64,000 nt of DNA, taken from the NCBI GenBank assembly GCA_021158055.1, contig JAGGVJ010000040.1, forward strand, positions 4,114 to 68,113, in the 5' to 3' direction. Below, in pieces: positions 14,409 to 22,562 of this stretch. A program made the position numbers and the translations under genes. The notes below the pieces were generated by a model, which was given only the letters and a program-made list of their open reading frames with translations, was not told the DNA's origin and did not search any database. This stretch comes from Candidatus Iainarchaeum sp. (GTDB taxonomy: Archaea; Iainarchaeota; Iainarchaeia; JAGGVJ01). Numbering within the stretch: the first letter of the stretch is position 1; every line of letters starts with the position of its first letter.

Positions 14409-15454
14409 CAAGCCAGATCTGCGTCGGAGTCACCGGAATCAAAGTGACAACAAGCCCTCAAACCGGTTTCGGTGTGGCAAGAAGCCTCAAGGAATCCGGG
14501 CACGGTGTTGTTGGAATTTGCGAAACAGCTTTGACTTCCGCCATCTGCGCACCGTATTTTGACAGCGTTTACGCGCTTGATTCAATTTATTCAGAAGACA
14601 TTGACGGTTTCATAAAAAAAATAACAAAAATACAAAAAGAAACAAACCTGAAAGTTTTTATTCCGTGTTCCGACAGCGAAATTTATTTTTTTGAAAAATA
14701 CAAAAAAAGGCTGCTTGAAAACAACATCAAGACATTGCTCCCGTCACTTGAAAGCTTAAAAAAAACATCAAAACTGTTCCTGCACAAATTGTCAAAACAC
14801 GGTTTAAACGTGCCGAAAACAATAATTGCGTCTTCAGAAGATGACTTGGAAAAAGTAACAAACGAACTTGATTTTCCGGTTGTCTGCAAGGGAATTTTAA
14901 AAGACAGCTATATCGCAAGAGACAAAATTGACCTTCTTATTTATTTCAGGAAAATCAATGACATGCTTCACGGGGGAAAAGGAAGAATCATTTTCCAGGA
15001 GCATATCAAAGGCGATTTTTACTGTTCAACAGGCGTTGCCAACCGCAACAGCGAGCTTGTCAGGTGCCTGAACATGAAAAAGCTCGGGATTGACATCAAC
15101 GGTTCAACCTGGGCTGGAATGACTATCAAAAAAGACACTTTAACTAAAATATCGGAAAAAATGGTTAAAGCAGTCAACTGGGTCGGCCCATTTGAACTGG
15201 AGTTCATAAAAGACAATGACGGCAAGTACTGGTTATTTGAAATAAACCCGCGCCTGCCGGCGTACATTTACCTTGCGACTGTTTCCGGGCAAAACCTGCC
15301 CAAAGCAATTGTTGATCTTGCGCTTGAAAAAAACGTGAAGCAAGATTTCTCTTTCAAAAAAGACCTGGTTTTTACCAGATTGAGTGAAGAAGTCGTTTAT
15401 CCAAAAGAATATCTTGACAGTTTGGATAACGGCAAGCTTCCGCAGTTCCAATGA
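14405..15454 (+). CDS. ATP-grasp domain protein (carboxylate-amine ligase-like)
   Basis: 349 aa. WLFEINPRLPAYIYLA (the ATP-grasp EINPR motif). Its start overlaps the decarboxylase stop (ATGA). Confidence 0.7.
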   Translation: MTSQICVGVTGIKVTTSPQTGFGVARSLKESGHGVVGICETALTSAICAPYFDSVYALDSIYSEDIDGFIKKITKIQKETNLKVFIPCSDSEIYFFEKYKKRLLENNIKTLLPSLESLKKTSKLFLHKLSKHGLNVPKTIIASSEDDLEKVTNELDFPVVCKGILKDSYIARDKIDLLIYFRKINDMLHGGKGRIIFQEHIKGDFYCSTGVANRNSELVRCLNMKKLGIDINGSTWAGMTIKKDTLTKISEKMVKAVNWVGPFELEFIKDNDGKYWLFEINPRLPAYIYLATVSGQNLPKAIVDLALEKNVKQDFSFKKDLVFTRLSEEVVYPKEYLDSLDNGKLPQFQ

Positions 15455-15831
15455 AACAAAACAAAAAAACTATTCAGAAGTTTCAAAAAGCAATTCTTCT
15501 GCAACTGTTTTTTTGCACTCGCTTTGCGTGTTTTTAATATAACTCGGCAATTTTCTGATTATGCTTTTTCCAATTGCAATTTCCATTAATATTTCATCAC
15601 TTTTCATATCAACCACCACACTTCAGTGAACAATTGTTCACCTGCAGCCGCCGGTCCGCAAAAGAAACAACAACCGCAAACCCAAGCATAACAATTATTG
15701 CATAATTGTCATTAATAAATGTAACTTCCGCAGTGTTTGTTTAAGGTGCATGACATTGGTGTTGTTTAACACGCATGACATTAATTATCACCAAATCAGA
15801 CAGGGAAAATCCAAACTGTTCAAAAAAGAGG

Positions 15832-15936
15832 TCGGAAGGGAGGGAGTCGAACCCTCAACCGCTCGGTTTTTGTTTTATGCGCGTTTGTTCGCGCGTCGAT
15901 CTACAGCCGAGTGCTCTTCCATTGAGCTACCTTCCG
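15832..15936 (-). tRNA. tRNA-Tyr (GUA) with ~33-nt canonical (37/38) intron
   Basis: C1:G72 acceptor (CGGAAGG/CCTTCCG) and A73, the archaeal Tyr identity. D-arm GCTC-AATGGAA-GAGC. Anticodon stem CTCGG/CCGAG with loop CUGUAG|intron|A. T-arm GAGGG-TTCGACT-CCCTC. CCA is not encoded. Confidence 0.85.
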
Positions 15937-15971
15937 AAAAACAAAATTAAGTGTTTTTAAAGTCCTTTTTC

Positions 15972-16083
15972 TGGTGGGGCCACGGAGATTTGAACTCCGG
16001 TTACGGGCTGTTTTGCTTAAACGAACCTTTTGATTCGTTTTGTCCCAAAGCCCGAGTGATAGACCAAACTACACTATGGCCCC
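15972..16083 (-). tRNA. tRNA-Pro (UGG) with ~34-nt canonical intron
   Basis: Acceptor GGGGCCA/TGGCCCC, A73, encoded CCA. Anticodon stem CGGGC/GCCCG with loop UUUGGG|intron|A (G37). T-arm CGGAG-TTCAAAT-CTCCG. The D-stem has only 3 clean pairs. Confidence 0.7.
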
Positions 16084-16178
16084 TTTAAAAATCATTTCCA
16101 GAAAAATCCACTGCTTGCTGTTATTAATACTGCAAAACTGCCTAAAAGAGTTTACTGTAACTTTTATTATTGACCATT

Positions 16179-16325
16179 TGAAGTTTAAAATTATTCCTTT
16201 GCAGTTTAAAATTATTCCTTTGCAGTTTAAAATTATTCCTTTGCAGTTTAAAATTATTCCTTTGCAGTTTAAAATTATTCCTTTGCAGTTTAAAATTATC
16301 CTCTTCAATCCCGCTCACTTTTTAA
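16179..16325. repeat. 22-bp direct tandem repeat (gcagtttaaaattattcctttg) x ~6.5, immediately downstream of the tRNA-Pro 5' end
   Basis: Perfect copies with no intervening unique spacers. ORFs reading KIIPLQF repeats on both strands are artefacts. Confidence 0.9.
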
Positions 16326-16329
16326 CTGC

Positions 16330-16821
16330 TCACTTCTTTTTTCTTGACCCGTACCTGCCTGATTTTTTGACAAGAACTTCAAGCTTGTTGTAATCAATCC
16401 TGACTTTTGTTTTTTCAAGCGCCCGCCTGACCGCGTATGTCTTGCAGACTTCTTTGAGCGTGTTAATGTCTTTTTTTTCCATTTCAAGCCCAAAAGTAAG
16501 CTCGTTTATGACTTTTCCCACTTTCGGGCCCTGCGCTGAAGAAAGCGCTTTCGCAATTTCCTCTGAAGTGAACCTTCCTTTGTCTTCCGGAATCATTTCA
16601 TTGATTTCCGCGTCAATTTTTGAGGTGTCAACAAGTTTTGCAATGGATTCGCTTGTTTTTCTGTCAAAGCTGTCTGAAACGCTTGCGAAAAACCTTATGA
16701 TATCGAGCGGTTCCGTATTTTCATCACAAGTTATTTTCTTTACCGCAACCCAGTCACCGTATTTTGCAAGAAACTGGATGCTGTCCTTTTGTTCTTTTTG
16801 TTTCAAGTCACTGTCTGGCAA
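16330..16821 (-). CDS. Hypothetical protein (163 aa), possible winged-helix-like
   Basis: Intact ORF with apparent TTG start after a GGAGGG RBS. C-terminal basic tail. No confident family assignment. Confidence 0.45.
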   Translation of the reverse strand: MPDSDLKQKEQKDSIQFLAKYGDWVAVKKITCDENTEPLDIIRFFASVSDSFDRKTSESIAKLVDTSKIDAEINEMIPEDKGRFTSEEIAKALSSAQGPKVGKVINELTFGLEMEKKDINTLKEVCKTYAVRRALEKTKVRIDYNKLEVLVKKSGRYGSRKKK

Positions 16822-16980
16822 AAATATCCCTCCAAAACCAATGGCAAAATTAACACTAAAAAATGCATTGCACTAAAAATATGTCACAAAACTGCACTAA
16901 AAAAATATATTACAAAACTAAGTTGCTCCACATTAAAAAGACATACTCAAAAAACACTTAATGCCTTGAAAAAAACCATT

Positions 16981-17083
16981 TGGAGCCCCCTGCGAGATTT
17001 GAACTCGCGACCTACTGATTACAAGTTACGACCAAAAGCAGTTGGCTTTTGTCAGTCGCTCTGGCCAGCTGAGCTAAGGGGGC
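16981..17083 (-). tRNA. tRNA-Thr (UGU) with ~26-nt intron at non-canonical position (31/32 or 32/33)
   Basis: Acceptor GCCCCCT/AGGGGGC, U73, CCA. D-arm GCTC-AGCTGGCCA-GAGC. Anticodon stem ACTGA/TCAGT. Between the stems the only splice leaving a 7-nt loop with U33 gives CUUGUAA (anticodon UGU). The intron forms hairpin CAAAAGC-CAACT-GCTTTTG. Confidence 0.7.
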
Positions 17084-17287
17084 AAACAAAACAGACAATG
17101 CAGTATTCGCTGAAAAAATCAATAAACAACTTCAGTAAATAAATAATTACAAAATAAAAATGTAATCATTAAATGGATTTTATTGTTTAAAATCATTGCT
17201 GATTACCTGCAAAGCTAAACTTTTTTATTTAAAACATGCATTATTATTGCTGTTGCTTTAAACGTGCCAAAAAAACACTTTATTGAA

Positions 17288-17452
17288 GCCGGGGTAGCTC
17301 AGTTGGTTAGAGTGCTAGACTCATAAGTTTCATTCTTATGAGTGATGACCTTCAACACACGCTCGCTTGATTGCGGGTGTCTTGCGGGAATGACAAAAAA
17401 GATGCACTGGGAAATCTAGATGTCGAGGGTTCAAGCCCCTCCCCCGGCACCA
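17288..17452 (+). tRNA. Elongator tRNA-Met (CAU) with ~88-nt canonical intron
   Basis: GCCGGGG-TA-GCTC-AGTTGGTTA-GAGT-G-CTAGA-CUCAUA|intron 17326..17413|A-TCTAG-ATGTC-GAGGG-TTCAAGC-CCCTC-CCCCGGC-A-CCA. G1:C72 and a non-GGG anticodon stem indicate an elongator. Confidence 0.85.
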
Positions 17453-17496
17453 GCAATGCTGGTAATACAAATGCCTGTAAAGCACAGGGGTTAAAA

Positions 17497-18063
17497 ATGA
17501 AAAACGGCATCAACATCACTTATTTTGTGCACGGGACAACTTCAGACAACGAGCAGAACATTGCTACCGGCTGGTCTCCCGGCGAATTATCAGAACTTGG
17601 CAAAGAACAGTCAGTCAAACTGAAAAAGCTCATAAAAAACAAAAAATTCGACGTCGTGTTCTGTTCCGACTTAAAAAGAGCAGTTGATTCAGCAAACCTG
17701 ACTTTCAAAAACACTGTGCAGATCGTTCAGGACAAAAGACTGCGGGAATGCAATTACGGAAACCTTACCGGAAGCAGCTCCAAAAAAGTGGAATTATTGA
17801 CTCTGCAGCATATTGAAAACCCTTTTCCTGACGGTGAAAGCTACAGGGACGTTGAAAAAAGAATAAATTCCTTTTTAAATGAACTGGCAAAAAAATACGC
17901 AGGGAAAAACATCGCAATCGTTGCGCACGGGGCTCCTCAGTTAGCCCTGGATGTTTTGCTTAAGAAAAAAACATGGCAACAGGCAATTAAAGATGACTGG
18001 CGCCTGAAAGAACCGAAAGAATGGAAACCCGGGTGGCGTTATTTACTCAAAAACAACAGTTAA
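17497..18063 (+). CDS. Histidine phosphatase superfamily (phosphoglycerate mutase-like) protein
   Basis: 189 aa from the first ATG after the tRNA. N-terminal ITYFVHGTTSDNEQN (variant of the RHGxxxxN motif with V replacing R) and a second His region AIVAHGAPQ. The longer listed ORF (17371..) overlaps tRNA-Met and is rejected. Confidence 0.65.
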   Translation: MKNGINITYFVHGTTSDNEQNIATGWSPGELSELGKEQSVKLKKLIKNKKFDVVFCSDLKRAVDSANLTFKNTVQIVQDKRLRECNYGNLTGSSSKKVELLTLQHIENPFPDGESYRDVEKRINSFLNELAKKYAGKNIAIVAHGAPQLALDVLLKKKTWQQAIKDDWRLKEPKEWKPGWRYLLKNNS

Positions 18064-18077
18064 AACCAAAACAGCAC

Positions 18078-18743
18078 TCAAACCCTGAGAAACTGGTCGT
18101 TTTTCTTTTGCACGTGAACGTCATCATAAGTTAAAATAATTGCAACGTCTGCCATTCCCTCAAAATAATTGGAGTCAATCACACCCGGCACTTCAAATGC
18201 CTCGTGGACTAAGTCGCCGTGGTCAAACCTTTTATCAAACTCGACTTCAACAAACTTGTTTCCTGACTCGCTTTCCGAATCACTGACCTGTGAAACTTTT
18301 CCCATCAAACCGACTTGTTCCGAGAGTCTTTTTATCGCAAACGGGTGCACTTCAAAAACTATTTTTCTGGTCAAATTTTGCTTCCAGCTAATCTTATCCA
18401 AAAGCACCACGCATTTTTTTGCCGAAAAACAAAGAAGATTGTCTTTCAAAAGAGAATCGGACTTTCCCTTCAGAAAATCATAGTTTGTATCAAGCTCCAT
18501 TGCCTGTTCAAACATTATGTCCGGGTCGCAGTCAAGCATATTTTTTATGGGAATGTGAAATTGCTCCAGCAAAACCGCGCTTTTTACATTGGACGGGATT
18601 CCTGTAATGTTAAGTTCTCCGCAACTTACCCTTACTCCAAGCGCCTTTATGGTTTCGTAAACAAATTCACCACCGCCAAAACCAACAACCATGCCGTCTT
18701 TGACAAGCATTGCAGCGGTTTGGCCGACAACCTTGATGTTCAT
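18078..18743 (-). CDS. rpiA: Ribose-5-phosphate isomerase A
   Basis: Start taken at MNIKVVGQTAAMLVKDGMVVGFGGGEFVYETIKALG (RpiA N-terminal glycine-rich phosphate-binding pattern). About 221 aa, typical for RpiA. Confidence 0.7.
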   Translation of the reverse strand: MNIKVVGQTAAMLVKDGMVVGFGGGEFVYETIKALGVRVSCGELNITGIPSNVKSAVLLEQFHIPIKNMLDCDPDIMFEQAMELDTNYDFLKGKSDSLLKDNLLCFSAKKCVVLLDKISWKQNLTRKIVFEVHPFAIKRLSEQVGLMGKVSQVSDSESESGNKFVEVEFDKRFDHGDLVHEAFEVPGVIDSNYFEGMADVAIILTYDDVHVQKKNDQFLRV

Positions 18744-18909
18744 TTCATAAACCCCCAAAAAATAACTCAACTCACAATGCTGTTTTACTGAATCAGCAAC
18801 CAATAACACTTAATTGATTCTGACTAAAAAGCCTTTGTTTTTTAGGAAATCTTTTGTTTCGGGTCCGAATTTCACAACATATTTAATCTTTTATATAACA
18901 TAGTTAATC

Positions 18910-20076
18910 ATGGAATACATTCGCGACAGCGTGCACGACGAAATAGCACTCAACAGGATAGAGTGCGAATGCGTTGATGCCCATGAAATGCAGCGGTTGA
19001 GGGGGATAAAACAGCTCGGCATGTCTTTTTTGGTCTATCCCAGTGCAAACCATTCAAGGTTTGAGCACAGCCTCGGAACCATGCACATAGCAAAAGTCAT
19101 GGCAAAGTCACTGAAACTTGAAAAGCGTGACGTGCAAAAACTTTCGCTGGCAGGATTGCTTCACGACCTTGGACACGGTCCCTTTTCACACGTTTCAGAG
19201 ATAGTGATAAAACAAAAAACAGGCAAATCTCACGAAAAAATAACAAGAAAACGAATCACTGAATCAAGAATCGGAAAAATACTTGAAAAATACGATTTTG
19301 ACGCGGCTGAAATAGCATGTCTTGCAACAGGCAGGGGAGAATTCGGCAAGATAATTTCCGGTGATATTGACGCTGACAGGATGGATTACCTGATGAGGGA
19401 CGCTTACCACACAGGTGTTGTTTACGGGTTGTTTGACATAAAAAGGCTTATCAGGACAATGCGGCTTTTTCGAGGAGACATCGTGCTTTCAAGAAAAGGA
19501 ATTGACGCTGCTGAAAGGCTTCTTCTTGCAAGGCACTTCATGCATCTTTCAGTGTACCGGCACCACACAGTGAGAATAATCGGAGAAATGATGGTAAGGG
19601 CCATTAATTACGGGTTTGAAGAAGACTTGTTTTCACTGGATGAATTCATTTCAATGGACGACGTTGATTTGCTGAGCAGGCTTCGCTCAAGTTCCGGAAA
19701 CGCAAAAGAGTTCATTTCAAGGATTGAGTCAAGAAACCTTTTCAAGGAAGCTTCAAGAATCACTGAGCACTCCACAAACAAGCAGCTTGATAAAAAAAGC
19801 CCTGAAAAAATAGCAAAAATCGAGGAAAAAATAGCTGCAGAAGCAGGTCTGGACGCGCTGAACGTTATTCTGGACGTGCAGGGCCCTGTGAAATCCCCTG
19901 AATACAACACCAAAGTAGTAATTGAGCGTTCTCTTTTTCCGCTCGACGAAGTTTCGTTTTTCGCAAAAAATCTGGAAAAAGCAGAAAACAGTTTTCGTTA
20001 CACTGGGGTTTACACTTTGCCTTCCTACAAAAACGAAGTAAAAAAAATAGTGGAAAACATGTTTCCCGCAAACTAA
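18910..20076 (+). CDS. HD-domain metal-dependent phosphohydrolase (dNTPase-like, COG1078-type)
   Basis: 388 aa. HD signature HSRFEHSLG...LLHDLGHGPFSH...D(x)RMDYLMRD. Confidence 0.8.
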   Translation: MEYIRDSVHDEIALNRIECECVDAHEMQRLRGIKQLGMSFLVYPSANHSRFEHSLGTMHIAKVMAKSLKLEKRDVQKLSLAGLLHDLGHGPFSHVSEIVIKQKTGKSHEKITRKRITESRIGKILEKYDFDAAEIACLATGRGEFGKIISGDIDADRMDYLMRDAYHTGVVYGLFDIKRLIRTMRLFRGDIVLSRKGIDAAERLLLARHFMHLSVYRHHTVRIIGEMMVRAINYGFEEDLFSLDEFISMDDVDLLSRLRSSSGNAKEFISRIESRNLFKEASRITEHSTNKQLDKKSPEKIAKIEEKIAAEAGLDALNVILDVQGPVKSPEYNTKVVIERSLFPLDEVSFFAKNLEKAENSFRYTGVYTLPSYKNEVKKIVENMFPAN

Positions 20077-20100
20077 CCGCCCAGCCAGGACTTATCCTGT

Positions 20101-21189
20101 CTAGCTGATTATCTCATCAAGTTTGTTTGATTTTACGGCCAATCTTATCTCTTCTGCAATCCGTCTGCCTGTTGAAAGATCCGGTTCTATGAAGTCAGAG
20201 TAAGGCGAGCCGCTCGGAAACAAATTCGTGCCGGCAACAATTCTTGCAGATATTTCAAACACTTTGAATTCAAGGTTATCAGTGCAGATGGTCTCAAGGC
20301 AAAACGGCCCCGTAAGGCCTCCGAAAATATTTACGGACTCTTCCACGACTTTTTCCCCGAGTTCAAACACTTTTGGAAGAAGCGATTCTCTTGCGATAAT
20401 CGGCGCGTTTCCGGTGACAACAAAACTTGGCTGAATTGAATTTTTTGAATGGCCCAAACTTCCTTCGCGCAAAATGCGCATCCTGAAAAGCTCATCTATG
20501 TTTGTTTCTATTCTCCTGTCCATTCCCAAAAGCTCAAGGCTTCCTTTTTTCAGTTGATAGCCCGTGCTTTTCACCGGTGAGTAAAAAAAATGAAGGTAAT
20601 ACCTTGCTCCAAGAATAAACTCCTGTATTGTGCAGTTTTTGTGTTCCTTGATTTTTTGGTAGAATTCTTCAGCGGTTTCGGTCACAAAAAAACCCTTGCC
20701 TCCTTTTGCCCCGTCAAATTTCACGATTACAGGACCGTCAATTTCCTCCGGAGTGTCATATATCCGCGGAATCGGCACTCCCGCTCCTTCAAGCCATTTT
20801 CGCTCTTTTTTGCGGTCTGATTCAAAAGTCAAAGAGTGCTTGTTTCCAAAAGAAGGCACCTTAAACGACAAAAAGTTTTCTGCTCCGAGGTATTCAACAA
20901 AAGAACCGTGCGGCACAACAATTGCGTTTTTTTCCAGAAGCTTTTTGACAACACCTTCTGAAACAATGTCTTTATATGATTCAACAATCAAAAACTCATC
21001 CGGGCAGGCCGCCGGAAACGCGTCGTAAAACCTGGGTTTTTCGCCGACTGCAATCCCGATTGTGTGAAATCCCTCTTTTTTTGCCCCGTGAAATATCTGC
21101 AGGCTTGAATGGGAACAGACCGTTGCTATGCTGATGTTTTCCAGGTCATAAGAGCTGATTGTTTCCTTCAATCTTGCATCATTATTCAT
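20101..21189 (-). CDS. purP: 5-formaminoimidazole-4-carboxamide ribonucleotide (FAICAR) synthetase PurP
   Basis: 362 aa. N-terminal IATVCSHSSLQIFHGAKKEGF and an ATP-grasp-like C-terminal domain characteristic of archaeal PurP. Confidence 0.8.
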   Translation of the reverse strand: MNNDARLKETISSYDLENISIATVCSHSSLQIFHGAKKEGFHTIGIAVGEKPRFYDAFPAACPDEFLIVESYKDIVSEGVVKKLLEKNAIVVPHGSFVEYLGAENFLSFKVPSFGNKHSLTFESDRKKERKWLEGAGVPIPRIYDTPEEIDGPVIVKFDGAKGGKGFFVTETAEEFYQKIKEHKNCTIQEFILGARYYLHFFYSPVKSTGYQLKKGSLELLGMDRRIETNIDELFRMRILREGSLGHSKNSIQPSFVVTGNAPIIARESLLPKVFELGEKVVEESVNIFGGLTGPFCLETICTDNLEFKVFEISARIVAGTNLFPSGSPYSDFIEPDLSTGRRIAEEIRLAVKSNKLDEIIS

Positions 21190-21290
21190 TTAAACACCTG
21201 TGGATTGTTCATTTAGACACCTGACAGCGCACCGGCAAACCGGTAAAACACCGGCTTTGCACAAGCAAACACCGGCTTTCAATCTTTCAA

Positions 21291-22478
21291 TCATGTTATT
21301 ATCTTTTCAAGTTCATTCATTTCAAGCGCTCTTCTTATCTCAAGCGCGGTTCTCCTTCCCGTGCTCATGCTGGTTCTCCAGACAGAGTTTGCGTAAGGGT
21401 GGCCCACTGCCATGTGCACGTTTGTCCCGCCCCCGACTCTGGGCGCAACGTCGTAAATGTGATAGTTGAGGTCTTTGTCAACGCAGGTCTGCAGGCAAAA
21501 AGCGCCGATTATTCCCGGCGAGTAATGCTTTTTCGCCGCATCCACGTATTTTTCCCCGAGCTCAAATGCTTTTTCAAGAAGCGACTCGCGAAGCGTGGCG
21601 GAATTGTGACCGCACACAGTGTACTCCGGGGTTTTCTGCGACTCATTTAAGGCAAGCTGCTGGTCTGCCGGAAGCCGGACGTGACCGTCAAGGCTTGATT
21701 CAAACCTCCAGTCCACTCCAAGCAGCTCCAGCCCGCCTTCTGAAAGGGGAGAGTAAAAGAAATCAAGGTTAAAAACAGGCCCTATCACATAGCGCTCCAT
21801 CCTCGCGGATTCAAGGGCCTCGCGGGCAATGACTCCTTGAGATATGAGCGATTCTGATTTTTCAGTGTATTCCTCAAAAGAAGACGCGGTAAAAAACCCT
21901 CTTTCAAGCTTTTTTACTGCGTGAGGCAGCTTTATGATAGACAATTCGTTTATGTCTTTCGGATCAGTGATCTTTTCAGGAAACGGCAACCCCGCGCGTT
22001 CAAGAATCCAGTAGTAGTCCTGTTGTTCGCCGCGTTCCTCGCTTCTGAGCATGTTTCTGCTTCCGACCATGGGAACGGCAAAATCACGTTCTATTGCGTC
22101 CATGCTGCAATAAGAAGAAAACGACCTGTTCGGGACAAATAAAGTGTTTTTTTCAATGAGCTGTTTTTGGATTCGCGGAGACAGAATCTCTGAAAACCTG
22201 TCCAAAACCATTACTTCGTCAACAAATCCTTTTTCAACCACTCCCGTGTTTGGATTCCGCCTTGACTTGAAATAAACAGAATAAGTTTTCTCGCGTCCTT
22301 TTTGGCACACTGCAAGGGTCTTGAACCCTTCGTCTATTGCGCCGTCGCAGACGTCGAGCGCGGAGTGAGAACCCACGACACCGATAGCCAGGTTTTCTGT
22401 GTCGTAACTTTCAAGAACTCTCAAAAGATCGTCTTTGTCAACAAATCTGCCCTTAATTGAATCTTCTTCACTTTCCAT
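21291..22478 (-). CDS. purP: PurP paralog (FAICAR synthetase family)
   Basis: 395 aa. LAIGVVGSHSALDVCDGAIDEGF and overall colinearity with the adjacent PurP. Tandem paralogs. Confidence 0.75.
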   Translation of the reverse strand: MESEEDSIKGRFVDKDDLLRVLESYDTENLAIGVVGSHSALDVCDGAIDEGFKTLAVCQKGREKTYSVYFKSRRNPNTGVVEKGFVDEVMVLDRFSEILSPRIQKQLIEKNTLFVPNRSFSSYCSMDAIERDFAVPMVGSRNMLRSEERGEQQDYYWILERAGLPFPEKITDPKDINELSIIKLPHAVKKLERGFFTASSFEEYTEKSESLISQGVIAREALESARMERYVIGPVFNLDFFYSPLSEGGLELLGVDWRFESSLDGHVRLPADQQLALNESQKTPEYTVCGHNSATLRESLLEKAFELGEKYVDAAKKHYSPGIIGAFCLQTCVDKDLNYHIYDVAPRVGGGTNVHMAVGHPYANSVWRTSMSTGRRTALEIRRALEMNELEKIIT

Positions 22479-22562
22479 AATACACTTTGTGAACGCAAAA
22501 ATAAAAAGGTTTCAATTTACTTTCACATAACCGCAATTCAAGAAAATTACAGACAACCAGAA

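Noticed and set aside
15750-15960. Two overlapping plus-strand ORFs (66 and 61 aa)
   Set aside because: They lie entirely over the minus-strand tRNA-Tyr gene and its intron.
16040-16393. ORFs on both strands encoding KIIPLQF / ILNCKG repeats; possible CRISPR array
   Set aside because: They are translations of the 22-bp tandem array. The array has no unique spacers, so it is not a CRISPR. The 5' part overlaps tRNA-Pro.
17371-17496. N-terminal 42 codons of the 230-aa ORF for the histidine-phosphatase protein
   Set aside because: They overlap the 3' exon of tRNA-Met. The first ATG after the tRNA (17497) gives a canonical family N-terminus.
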